Source: a virus
Length of the DNA stretch: 40,649 nucleotides
Direction: 5' to 3' (one strand)
Virus record (IMG/VR): IMGVR_UViG_3300020138_000004
Location: 1 to 40,649 of that record
The translations under genes and the position numbers were made by a program. The notes below the pieces were generated by a model. It made no database searches, was not told the DNA's origin, and saw only the letters and a list, made by a program, of their open reading frames with translations. Shown piece after piece: positions 1 to 6,964 of the stretch (the stretch's first letter is position 1; each line of letters begins with the position of its first letter).

Positions 1-127
1 ACAGCATTAGAGAAAGCAGGTGCGATATGAGCGGATTTGAGAGTTGCCATTATTGTGGCGGGTCAGGGACGCTGCATTCAATCAATGGGACAGGATCATG
101 CAGTTGCTCCGTCTGTGGCGGAAGCGG
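1..127. repeat. Terminal direct repeat, copy A (identical to 40523..40649)
   Basis: Base-by-base comparison of the first and last 127 nt shows no mismatch. Position 1 aligns with 40523. Confidence 0.95.
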
Positions 128-143
128 TCAGGTGAGATCATGA
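27..143 (+). CDS. 38-aa zinc-finger microprotein with two DnaJ-type CxxCxGxG motifs
   Basis: Hand translation gives MSGFESCHYCGGSGTLHSINGTGSCSCSVCGGSGQVRS. CHYCGGSG and CSVCGGSG match the DnaJ cysteine-rich repeat. Its ATG overlaps the stop of the upstream ORF (ATGA) across the contig junction. It is below the 60-aa cut-off of the ORF track. Confidence 0.5.
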   Translation: MSGFESCHYCGGSGTLHSINGTGSCSCSVCGGSGQVRS

Positions 144-241
144 AACGCATGTACGGCCACCTCCACCCCGCAACAATGGCCGCATGGGTGAAGGGCAGAG
201 CGGCGAATGATAACGATAGGTATGAAAGGAAAGCGAAATGA
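140..241 (+). CDS. Small hypothetical protein (33 aa); alternative longer start at 44
   Basis: The in-frame ATG at 140 forms an ATGA overlap with the preceding stop. Its own stop overlaps the next ATG at 238. There is no recognisable motif. Confidence 0.3.
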   Translation: MKRMYGHLHPATMAAWVKGRAANDNDRYERKAK

Positions 242-627
242 TTATCGGATTTGGAAAAACGGAAACTGACTTTGAAAACGCGCTTGAAGAAAAGCTGTTT
301 GAGATAGTCGAGAAAGAATACGACTGCGAACACGATATGTTTTCAGACGGCTTTATTGAGCGAATGAAGAAAGCCGTTAATGGTTGGGCAAAAGAAAGCC
401 AAGACAAAGCCGATGAATACAAAACGGCAGAAAACTACCCTTCAAGATATACGCAATTCTGGGCGTACACGCTCGGCGATTGTAACTATTGCGTCTTTGT
501 CATCACCTTCCACCACATAAACCGCAGACACGGATTGTCGCCCGATGGATGGGCATTGATGCGAACGGAAAAGGCGTTTGCCGTATCCGTTCAAGACATT
601 CGCAAAAAAGCAAGAAAGGCAGCCTAA
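238..627 (+). CDS. Hypothetical early protein (129 aa)
   Basis: ORF-track ORF, ATGA-coupled to the upstream ORF and ending 2 nt before the ERF start. No motif recognised. Confidence 0.6.
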   Translation: MIIGFGKTETDFENALEEKLFEIVEKEYDCEHDMFSDGFIERMKKAVNGWAKESQDKADEYKTAENYPSRYTQFWAYTLGDCNYCVFVITFHHINRRHGLSPDGWALMRTEKAFAVSVQDIRKKARKAA

Positions 628-629
628 CC

Positions 630-1352
630 ATGACCGAAGTTATAGAGCAGAGCAAAGAGATCGCAGTCGCAGGCGGCGATTTAACCGCCCTCATTCAAAC
701 CGCGCTGACAAGCAATGAAGTGACCCCCGAAAAGCTGCACAGCCTTTTGGACTTCCAAGAGCGGGTGATGGGTAAACAGGCCGAGGTGGCTTTTAATGAG
801 GCCATGGCACGGTTGCAACCTCGCATCCCGCAAATCGAGAAAAAAGCAAAGGCGCACAACAACAAACATGCCAAGCTTGAGGATATCGACACAGCCATTC
901 GCCCTCTCTACACGGCGGAAGGGTTTAGCATTTCCTACGACCAGCGCGTCAATGATGATAAGACAAAAACTTATATCGCCTACCTGTCGCACCAGATGGG
1001 ACACAGAACAAAGGCCGAAATAACCCTGCCGGATGATACGGGCGGTTCAAAGAACGCTGTTCAGGCGGTTGCGTCCACTGTTTCTTATGCGCGGCGGTAT
1101 TTGATTAAAATGCTGTTCAACATAATCGAGCGTGACGAAGACGATGACGGCAATGCGGCTGGCGGCGTAATCACCGAAGACCAAGCCGCCAAGCTGAAAG
1201 ACCTGCTCAAAGAAACAGGCTCGAACGTCAAAGCCTTTCTTGACCTGTTCGGCGCCGCCAGCGTTGACGAGATTCCGGCAAAGGAATTTCGCAAGGCAAA
1301 CGCCCTGCTCCTGGCGAAGCGCGAAACCTTGAAAGGCGGCAAAGATGATTAG
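630..1352 (+). CDS. ERF-family single-strand annealing protein
   Basis: Track ORF 489..1352 trimmed to ATG 630. The segments KHAKLEDIDTAIRPLYTAEGF and QAVASTVSYARRYLIKMLFNI followed by the acidic DEDDDG are typical of ERF recombinases. It sits next to the exonuclease and SSB genes. Confidence 0.8.
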   Translation: MTEVIEQSKEIAVAGGDLTALIQTALTSNEVTPEKLHSLLDFQERVMGKQAEVAFNEAMARLQPRIPQIEKKAKAHNNKHAKLEDIDTAIRPLYTAEGFSISYDQRVNDDKTKTYIAYLSHQMGHRTKAEITLPDDTGGSKNAVQAVASTVSYARRYLIKMLFNIIERDEDDDGNAAGGVITEDQAAKLKDLLKETGSNVKAFLDLFGAASVDEIPAKEFRKANALLLAKRETLKGGKDD

Positions 1353-2058
1353 GGAAGTTATCGAAACGAAGCGCGGCAAATTCGTCTGGTACGATATGGT
1401 GCAGCAGTCGCCTGAATGGGTTTTGAAAAGAGCGGGCAGGCCTTCCGCCTCAAAATTCCACACCCTCATAACGCCAGCCAACGGCCAGCCAGCGAAGGGC
1501 GACACGATGCGCTCTTACATGAAAACGCTGATCGCAGAATTGGTCATGCGAAAGCCCATTGAAAAGATCGGCTCTACCTACTGGCTGGAGCGCGGGAACG
1601 AACTGGAGCCACGGGCGCGGCAGGAATATGCCTTCTTGCGCGGAATTGAGGTGCAGCCGGCGGGCTTTTGGATGAACGAGTCCGAGCAATACGGCGCATC
1701 CCCTGACGGCCTTGTGGGCGAAGACGGGCTTGTCGAGTTTAAGACCGGCACGCCCGAAACAATTGTCGGCTACGCGCTGGAGCCGGAGAGCCTTGTAAAA
1801 GACCATTACCCGCAAATTCAGGGGCAACTGCTCTGCACCGGCAGGGATTGGGTGGACATCATGGCCTACGACCCCGAAATCAAGCCCGTGGTGCGCCGAG
1901 TGGAGCGCGACGAAGAATACCTTGCCAAACTGGAAACCGCACTGGCGGCCTTCCTAGAGCAAATGAACGCGGCTTGCGAAAGGCTTATCGCGGACGGGTA
2001 TCTGGTTATCGAGCCAGAGCCGCAAGAGCAACCAACCGACTACCTGATGGCGGGGTGA
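1345..2058 (+). CDS. YqaJ/lambda-exonuclease-like recombination exonuclease
   Basis: N-terminal QQSPEWVLKRAGRPSASKFHTLIT matches the YqaJ signature. ASPDGLV...GLVEFKTGT matches the PD-(D/E)xK core. It overlaps the ERF gene by 8 nt. Confidence 0.8.
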   Translation: MIREVIETKRGKFVWYDMVQQSPEWVLKRAGRPSASKFHTLITPANGQPAKGDTMRSYMKTLIAELVMRKPIEKIGSTYWLERGNELEPRARQEYAFLRGIEVQPAGFWMNESEQYGASPDGLVGEDGLVEFKTGTPETIVGYALEPESLVKDHYPQIQGQLLCTGRDWVDIMAYDPEIKPVVRRVERDEEYLAKLETALAAFLEQMNAACERLIADGYLVIEPEPQEQPTDYLMAG

Positions 2059-2059
2059 T

Positions 2060-2596
2060 ATGGATCATAATTTACACAAACTATGCGAAGAATGCGGGCA
2101 AGTCTTTTTTATGAGAAAGCGCGATGGAATGAAGACATTCAGCGGAAGAAAATTTTGCTCTAAAAGCTGCGCAAACAATAATTCAGGCGAAAAAAGAAAG
2201 AGGCCTCTTATAGAAAGGTTTTGGAAAAATGTTTCTAAACCGGAAGGCGTTGGAGGTGGACAGTGCTGGGCATGGATAGGGCCGACTGACCAGAATGGGT
2301 ATGGGAACATAGATTTAGATGGAGCAAAAAATGGCAGGATCAAAGTCCATCGTCTATCTTGGGAAATAAGTAAAGGCCCCATCCCAAAGGGTAAAGTTGT
2401 GATGCACATATGCGACAATCCCAACTGTGTCAATCCTGCACATTTGAGAATAGGAACTCAAAAGGACAATATCCGCGACAGGTCTAGCAAAGGAAGAATT
2501 AACCCAAACTCCTTTCTAAATCTTCGTCCGGGTAAGGCCGGTGTTGTAGGGGCTGGGCCACTTTCAAGAAGAGAAATAGGAGAATTAAATGCTTAA
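2060..2596 (+). CDS. HNH homing-type endonuclease
   Basis: NGYGNIDLDG...KVHRLSWEISKGPIPKGKVVMHICDNPNCVNPAHLRIGTQKDNIRD is a classic HNH_3 pattern. There is also an N-terminal Cys cluster (CEECG...CSKSC). Confidence 0.85.
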   Translation: MDHNLHKLCEECGQVFFMRKRDGMKTFSGRKFCSKSCANNNSGEKRKRPLIERFWKNVSKPEGVGGGQCWAWIGPTDQNGYGNIDLDGAKNGRIKVHRLSWEISKGPIPKGKVVMHICDNPNCVNPAHLRIGTQKDNIRDRSSKGRINPNSFLNLRPGKAGVVGAGPLSRREIGELNA

Positions 2597-3047
2597 TAAT
2601 TGTAATTTTATTGGAAACCTTGGGGCTGATCCTGAAACAAGGGCAATGGCGAATGGTGATGAAGTCTGCAATCTGTCATTAGCGGTGACGGAAAAATGGA
2701 AAAATGCACAAGGCGAGCGCAAGGAAAAAACTGAATGGGTGCGCGTTGTGATTTTCAGCCAAGGTCTTGTGAAGGTCGCCAAGTCCTACCTGTCCAAAGG
2801 CTCCAAGGTCTATATCAGCGGAAAAATGCAAACCCGCAAATGGACGGATCAGAGCGGCAACGACAAATACAGCACTGAAATCGTTTTGCAGGGGTTTGAT
2901 GCCAAGCTGGTAATGCTCGATGGCAAGCGCGACAGCCAGCCGGAGAGCAGGCAGGATGCTTCTGCGACATCGGGTGGCGGGTACGGTGACATGGACGATG
3001 AAATCCCCTTCGCTCCTCACCTGAAAGGCACGGCGTTTCTGGCATGA
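2589..3047 (+). CDS. ssb: Single-stranded DNA-binding protein
   Basis: OB-fold signature MLNNCNFIGNLGADPETR...EWVRVVIF...GSKVYISGKMQTRKWTDQSGNDKYSTEIV, a Gly-rich linker, and the acidic DDEIPF motif. Here DDEIPF is followed by 11 more residues. Confidence 0.9.
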   Translation: MLNNCNFIGNLGADPETRAMANGDEVCNLSLAVTEKWKNAQGERKEKTEWVRVVIFSQGLVKVAKSYLSKGSKVYISGKMQTRKWTDQSGNDKYSTEIVLQGFDAKLVMLDGKRDSQPESRQDASATSGGGYGDMDDEIPFAPHLKGTAFLA

Positions 3048-3391
3048 GCAATACCGATCCAAAATTCGCCGCATGGATACGCTCTTTAGGGGTGTGTATC
3101 GCGGGCGGCACATGGGGGGCTGCGTGTAACGGCGTTATCCAGTCCTGCCATGTGACCGCGGATACGCATCTGGGGAAGAACCAGAAGCACCCATATCGGC
3201 AGGTTCCTATGTGCGCGGTTCACCATGCTATTCAGCACAACATAGGCGAGCGCCGCTTCTATGACCGCATAGATGGTGTGGGGCGTGCGATTGATCTGGG
3301 CTGGGTTCTGACGGGCATTTATCTAAACAACGCGCCGGAACGCGATTTAGAAGCGCAGCGGTCTATAATCAGGTTCAGGGGGAAAATATGA
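3044..3391 (+). CDS. Cys/His-motif protein, possibly a DUF968/Ref-like HNH-type nuclease
   Basis: The pattern CHV...GKNQKHPYRQVPMCAVHHAIQHNIGERRF resembles the H...K...PxC..HH...H motif of DUF968/P1 Ref-type proteins, recalled from memory. It follows the recombination genes. Confidence 0.4.
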   Translation: MSNTDPKFAAWIRSLGVCIAGGTWGAACNGVIQSCHVTADTHLGKNQKHPYRQVPMCAVHHAIQHNIGERRFYDRIDGVGRAIDLGWVLTGIYLNNAPERDLEAQRSIIRFRGKI

Positions 3392-3501
3392 TCTGGTGGA
3401 TTCTTGCAATTTTATTTTTCGTAGGTCTGATGCTCTTTGTAGTGTCTGCCCTGATTTTGAACTCGCACCTTGCACAATGGGATGAGGGATTGGATAGATG
3501 A
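3388..3501 (+). CDS. Small membrane protein (37 aa)
   Basis: Hand translation MIWWILAILFFVGLMLFVVSALILNSHLAQWDEGLDR contains one TM helix. Both ends are ATGA overlaps. Confidence 0.4.
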   Translation: MIWWILAILFFVGLMLFVVSALILNSHLAQWDEGLDR

Positions 3502-3626
3502 CATTTATTTGTGAGAAGGATAAGCACCCCTTGCTCTGGGAGATTGAATATAAATTATACAAAGAAAGCTGCCGGATGGAAATGCGCGATCCGATGCCTT
3601 ATTGGATATGGAGAATAGAGCAATGA
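3498..3626 (+). CDS. Small hypothetical protein (42 aa)
   Basis: Hand translation MTFICEKDKHPLLWEIEYKLYKESCRMEMRDPMPYWIWRIEQ. It is ATGA-coupled on both sides. Confidence 0.3.
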   Translation: MTFICEKDKHPLLWEIEYKLYKESCRMEMRDPMPYWIWRIEQ

Positions 3627-3901
3627 CCCTAGAACAGATCAGAGCGGCTCGCATGTGGGTTGAGACAGAGCCAAACGCGCCAAAACATTTTACGAAGGCG
3701 GGAAACGAGTCGTGCCGCAAGACAATCCTGTTCTGTCTTTCCGCCTGTGAGAAAATAGCTGCGGTGGATGGGGAGGCTTTGGAAATGGCGATCAATAACT
3801 GCATAAAGGCAAAGCAAATTCACGACCTCAATCCTGATGATGTAGTAACAATGAAAGAAGCCGCCCGCCTCGTTGCGGACATTAAGAAAGCGAATGTGTG
3901 A
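3623..3901 (+). CDS. Hypothetical early protein (92 aa; alternative start 3602)
   Basis: ORF-track ORF 3602..3901. The in-frame ATG at 3623 overlaps the upstream stop. Confidence 0.5.
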   Translation: MTLEQIRAARMWVETEPNAPKHFTKAGNESCRKTILFCLSACEKIAAVDGEALEMAINNCIKAKQIHDLNPDDVVTMKEAARLVADIKKANV

Positions 3902-3987
3902 TGGAATATGTTTTGGTTTTTCTTTTAGGTATGTGTGCCACTCGTTTAATTCAACTTATTTCAGAAAGCGAAAGAAATGACCGCTAA
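3901..3987 (+). CDS. Small hydrophobic protein (28 aa)
   Basis: Hand translation MEYVLVFLLGMCATRLIQLISESERNDR. It fills the gap between two genes with overlapping junctions. Weak call. Confidence 0.25.
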   Translation: MEYVLVFLLGMCATRLIQLISESERNDR

Positions 3988-4447
3988 GACAGAGATGCCG
4001 GAATTGAAACCATGCCCTTTTTGTGGAAGTGATGGCCTTATATATCACAGCAGAGACGGTGAGGTTGCATTTGTTCGCTGTGTGAAGTGGCTTGAAGGAT
4101 GCATGGGCGCAAGCGTTACTTCAACTGAAGATGTTGATGCGATAAAGCAGTGGAACGCCCGTGCCACATCCCCCGATTTGGAGGGGCCGGATGCGGTATA
4201 TGTGGATCATGACAGCATGTCTTACATTGACAGCAATGACCCGCACCTTGAAACGATTTTGGGAATAGGAAAATTTGTCAAATACACCCGCGCCGAATGC
4301 CCCGCGCCCGATTTGGAGCGCAACGTATTGCTAGATATTATTGAACGTGCGGCACACGCACAGAAATGGGGTTCTGTTATAGATCACGTTAAAAAACTTC
4401 GTGAACTCCTCTGCGCACAGGACAGTCAGCGCGGAAAGGAGGAGTGA
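3977..4447 (+). CDS. Lar-like restriction-alleviation protein with a C-terminal extension
   Basis: The N-terminus ELKPCPFCGSDG...FVRCV..C......DVDAIKQWNARA matches the Lar family pattern (KPCPFCG ... C..C ... A...WN.R). About 90 further residues have no recognised motif. Confidence 0.65.
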   Translation: MTAKTEMPELKPCPFCGSDGLIYHSRDGEVAFVRCVKWLEGCMGASVTSTEDVDAIKQWNARATSPDLEGPDAVYVDHDSMSYIDSNDPHLETILGIGKFVKYTRAECPAPDLERNVLLDIIERAAHAQKWGSVIDHVKKLRELLCAQDSQRGKEE

Positions 4448-4701
4448 TGCTTGATCCTAACAATCTGCCCTGCCGAATCATGACATCCGAAGTTTTGGAA
4501 CTGGCGCGCTTCGGATCATCAAAGCTGAGGCAAAAACAGAAACTGGGGGAATTTCCAAATCCCATAGATCGCGGCAAACAAAGCATTTATGACCGGGATC
4601 AGGTTTTGGCCGCTTTGGGATTGATCGAACCCGTGGAAGGAAGTGCACACCATGATCCTTTCAGGAAAGGACTTGAGAGACTTGGCAAAGCTGGAAAATG
4701 A
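4444..4701 (+). CDS. xis: AlpA/excisionase-type helix-turn-helix protein (putative Xis)
   Basis: MTSEVLELARFGSSKLRQKQKLGEFPNPIDRGKQSIYDRDQVLAAL fits the AlpA/Xis HTH pattern (..FP.P......W....V..W). It lies immediately upstream of, and overlaps, the integrase gene. Confidence 0.6.
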   Translation: MMLDPNNLPCRIMTSEVLELARFGSSKLRQKQKLGEFPNPIDRGKQSIYDRDQVLAALGLIEPVEGSAHHDPFRKGLERLGKAGK

Positions 4702-5803
4702 TTTGCCGGCATATTGCGAGGTGCGCCAGCGTAAAGGCTATGCGGTGGTGTATTTCGTCGTGCGCAAGCATATCCGGCCCAAGGGGTGGAAACCAACTTA
4801 TGAAATCGGCCGGACAGACCGCCTAAGCAATGGCGAGATAATCAAAAGAGGCAGGGAATTGTATGAAGCGCTGAAAGAGGCGCGCAAGTCGGAATTGTGC
4901 GACTCCCCTTCCCGCGTTCCAAAAGGATCACTGGCATGGCTAATTGAGCGGTACAAGGAATCCGAGCACTATACAAACCTGAAACCGGCAACACAAAAAG
5001 GCTATCTGCATTATCTGGACACGATAAAAGAATGGTCGGCACTCTCTGGGCATCCCCATGTGCGCTTATTGACGCCGCCGACGATTTGGAAGTTTTTGAA
5101 CCGCTGGAAGGACACGCCGCGCACGAGAAAGCACTATAAGGCGAATCTTTCCAAGCTGTATCAGGTAGCGATCGAGCAGGGCTGCGTGTCTTCAAACCCC
5201 ATGCGGGAAATCAAGCTTCCGAAAGCCAAGAGCAAAAAGCAGCCGTTTAAGGTGTGGAAGCTGAAAGATATTGAATCCTTCGCAAATAAAGCTGATGAAT
5301 TAGGCCTGTCCAACGTCGGAACGGCCGTAATCGTTGCATGGGAAGCATTCAGGCAAACCGATGTTTTTGATCTGCAAGAGCCGAGGGACTATAAAAACGG
5401 CTCATTCCGTTTCTTCACGTCAAAGACAGACCAGCTCATCACGATCAAGGCGTCCGCGCGCACGGTAGAGAGGCTTTCTAATCGACCGTCCGGCCAGCTT
5501 CTTTTGACCGTGAACGACCTGACAAAGATGAAGTGGACGAAGGATTCCTTCTACAACCAATATAAGAAGGTGCTGGAGCAATGCGGATTGAAGGGGCATG
5601 TTTTCCGCCGGATCAGGAATTCATCAGCTATCCATGCTCTCAAAGCTGACCTGACGGATGCCGAGTTCCAGCAGCGTTACGGATGGACGAAAAGCGACGT
5701 AAGGGCGATGCGCGATCTATACACTGATATAGACCAGGAGATCATCGACAAGGGGGCGGAGAAGATCGCCCGCTTGGAAAAAGTTCAACGGATCAAAAAA
5801 TGA
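4643..5803 (+). CDS. int: Tyrosine integrase
   Basis: The C-terminal catalytic region GHVFRRIRNSSAIHAL...GWTKSDVRAMRDLYTD supplies the HxxR box and the terminal Tyr. It is adjacent to a tRNA-derived attP. The start is uncertain (4643 or 4652). Confidence 0.9.
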   Translation: MHTMILSGKDLRDLAKLENDLPAYCEVRQRKGYAVVYFVVRKHIRPKGWKPTYEIGRTDRLSNGEIIKRGRELYEALKEARKSELCDSPSRVPKGSLAWLIERYKESEHYTNLKPATQKGYLHYLDTIKEWSALSGHPHVRLLTPPTIWKFLNRWKDTPRTRKHYKANLSKLYQVAIEQGCVSSNPMREIKLPKAKSKKQPFKVWKLKDIESFANKADELGLSNVGTAVIVAWEAFRQTDVFDLQEPRDYKNGSFRFFTSKTDQLITIKASARTVERLSNRPSGQLLLTVNDLTKMKWTKDSFYNQYKKVLEQCGLKGHVFRRIRNSSAIHALKADLTDAEFQQRYGWTKSDVRAMRDLYTDIDQEIIDKGAEKIARLEKVQRIKK

Positions 5804-5837
5804 AAAGTTCAACGTTTTTTCAGGAAAATAGCTAAGT

Positions 5838-5930
5838 CATTGATTTAATGGTGCGGGTGGCCGGACTCGAACCGGCACGTCTGTTAAGACACCAGATTTT
5901 GAGTCGGGTGAATATTCAATTAAATCAATG
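5838..5930. repeat. Perfect 12-bp inverted repeat bracketing the tRNA-like core
   Basis: CATTGATTTAAT at 5838..5849 and its reverse complement ATTAAATCAATG at 5919..5930. Confidence 0.8.
5849..5908 (-). other. attP core: 3' portion of a tRNA-Leu(CAA) gene (not a complete tRNA)
   Basis: The reverse complement reads ...CCCGACTCAAAATCTGGTGTCTTAACAGACGTGCCGGTTCGAGTCCGGCCACCCGCACCA. This contains an anticodon loop CTCAAAA, a long variable arm (GTCT-TAAC-AGAC), a T arm GGTTCGAGTCC, the acceptor 3' strand and CCA. No matching 5' acceptor strand or D arm lies upstream. Confidence 0.8.
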
Positions 5931-6010
5931 CAAGTGTTGAAGTTTTCACGTTCCGTTCTCATACCGATTCCTGCGGGTTTCCGAGGAAAGTTCAACGGAT
6001 TTTCGGACAC

Positions 6011-6035
6011 AAAAAAAGACGGGGCCGAAGCCCCG
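6011..6035 (-). terminator. Intrinsic terminator closing the late/lysis operon
   Basis: Hairpin CGGGGC-CGAA-GCCCCG (6020..6035), followed on the minus strand by seven T (6017..6011). It lies 5 nt after the o-spanin stop. Confidence 0.8.
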
Positions 6036-6040
6036 TAATA

Positions 6041-6244
6041 TTATTGGTAATAATCCTTACACCGCTGGCGCCGGTTCGATTCATACCGCCACATCCAGCG
6101 CTTTGTGGTGGGGGTATCCTCTGGGTGGGCGGTTCCCCTCTCCGTCCAATCGCAGGACGTATCAGCGATGATTCGCGGGCCGCATGATGCCAAACTCGCG
6201 CAGACCGCGATCAATAGCAGCATCGTCCATATTTCTTTCTTCAT
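6041..6244 (-). CDS. o-spanin (outer-membrane lipoprotein, Rz1-like)
   Basis: Signal peptide with lipobox MKKEIWTMLLLIAVCASLASC. It starts inside the i-spanin gene in another frame and extends past it (overlapped architecture). It is the last gene of the lysis cassette. Confidence 0.7.
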   Translation of the reverse strand: MKKEIWTMLLLIAVCASLASCGPRIIADTSCDWTERGTAHPEDTPTTKRWMWRYESNRRQRCKDYYQ

Positions 6245-6413
6245 GGGTTATCTTCTCCTGATCTTTTTTTGCCTTCGCCGATACCTGTACTCCCGCCGCG
6301 GCCATGTCCCTGATGGCGCGGTTGTAGCCCTTCATGTCCCCGAGCCAATAAGAAAGGCCCGACATAAGGACAAGGAACGCGGCGACAAGCGCCCCGATTT
6401 TCAGTTTCATCAT
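6162..6413 (-). CDS. i-spanin (Rz-like, N-terminal TM anchor)
   Basis: MMKLKIGALVAAFLVLMSGLSYWL forms a TM helix and is followed by a charged periplasmic segment. The gene contains the start of the lipoprotein ORF. Confidence 0.65.
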   Translation of the reverse strand: MMKLKIGALVAAFLVLMSGLSYWLGDMKGYNRAIRDMAAAGVQVSAKAKKDQEKITHEERNMDDAAIDRGLREFGIMRPANHR

Positions 6414-6964
6414 TCGTTTATCCCCCTCACGTCAGTGCCGTGCAGGACGGCCAGAATGGCAACGGCCGCGGCGGCCCCAGTCAAGCATTCCTTTGTCCAG
6501 TGCGGCCATTTCATACGGTGGCCAATCTCATAGCTGGACGGCCAGAGGACAGCGGTGATGATTGCGCCCGGTCCCGTCGGAAGGCCTATCAGGAAGCCCT
6601 TAACACCCATGTATAGGCGGCAATAGGCGGCGGTAGACGGATCGGCCTTTATGGTTTTGCCGTTCAGCCAGTCCACGAAAGGTTTCAGGGTTGAAGTGCG
6701 GTCGGGATTATAGCCACCCTGCCCCCAGTGAAGCGCGGGAGCCGTTGCAGATTGGATAAGGGCGTATGACCATGCGATAGCTAGGGCGCCTGTGATATAG
6801 CCATCCTGCATGAATCCGAACGGCAAAGCTAAAAAGGCTTCCGGCAGCCATGTGAAATTGATCTTTTTGCCGAAAATCTCGATTTCTTTATCAAGGATGT
6901 TTGAATATGGAAGCGATCCTCCGGCATATCCGGCACAGATGGCCATATAGATTATCAGCATCAT
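6410..6964 (-). CDS. Polytopic membrane protein of unknown function inside the lysis cassette
   Basis: 184 aa with about five hydrophobic segments. It is ATGA-coupled to the endolysin upstream and to the i-spanin downstream. No family recognised. Confidence 0.6.
   Translation of the reverse strand: MMLIIYMAICAGYAGGSLPYSNILDKEIEIFGKKINFTWLPEAFLALPFGFMQDGYITGALAIAWSYALIQSATAPALHWGQGGYNPDRTSTLKPFVDWLNGKTIKADPSTAAYCRLYMGVKGFLIGLPTGPGAIITAVLWPSSYEIGHRMKWPHWTKECLTGAAAAVAILAVLHGTDVRGINE

Larger units (their letters stand above)
5780..5997 (+). repeat. Three direct copies of AAAGTTCAACG flanking the attP core (candidate integrase arm-type sites)
   Basis: Exact 11-mers lie at 5780..5790, 5804..5814 and 5987..5997. 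Copies 1 and 3 share 14 nt (AAAGTTCAACGGAT). A degenerate inverted copy lies near 5935..5945. Confidence 0.55.

Noticed and set aside
1-127. Biological direct terminal repeat or LTR-like element
   Set aside because: A length of exactly 127 nt, perfect identity and ORF continuity across the junction fit an assembler overlap of a circular molecule better. Real termini cannot be excluded without the reads.
489-629. N-terminal extension of the ERF ORF (similar extensions occur at 7432..7545 for the endolysin and 17508..17555 for the tail protein)
   Set aside because: The extensions overlap the upstream genes extensively and encode Arg/Cys-rich junk-like sequence. Internal ATGs at stop-start overlaps give standard N-termini.
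5849-5930. Complete tRNA-Leu gene
   Set aside because: Only the part from the anticodon arm to CCA is present. No 5' acceptor strand (GCGGGTG) or D arm lies upstream on the minus strand. It is interpreted as the attP core.
6105-6533. 142-aa + strand ORF across the spanin region
   Set aside because: It is antisense to the i-spanin/o-spanin pair and to the membrane protein gene, and has no motif or SD.
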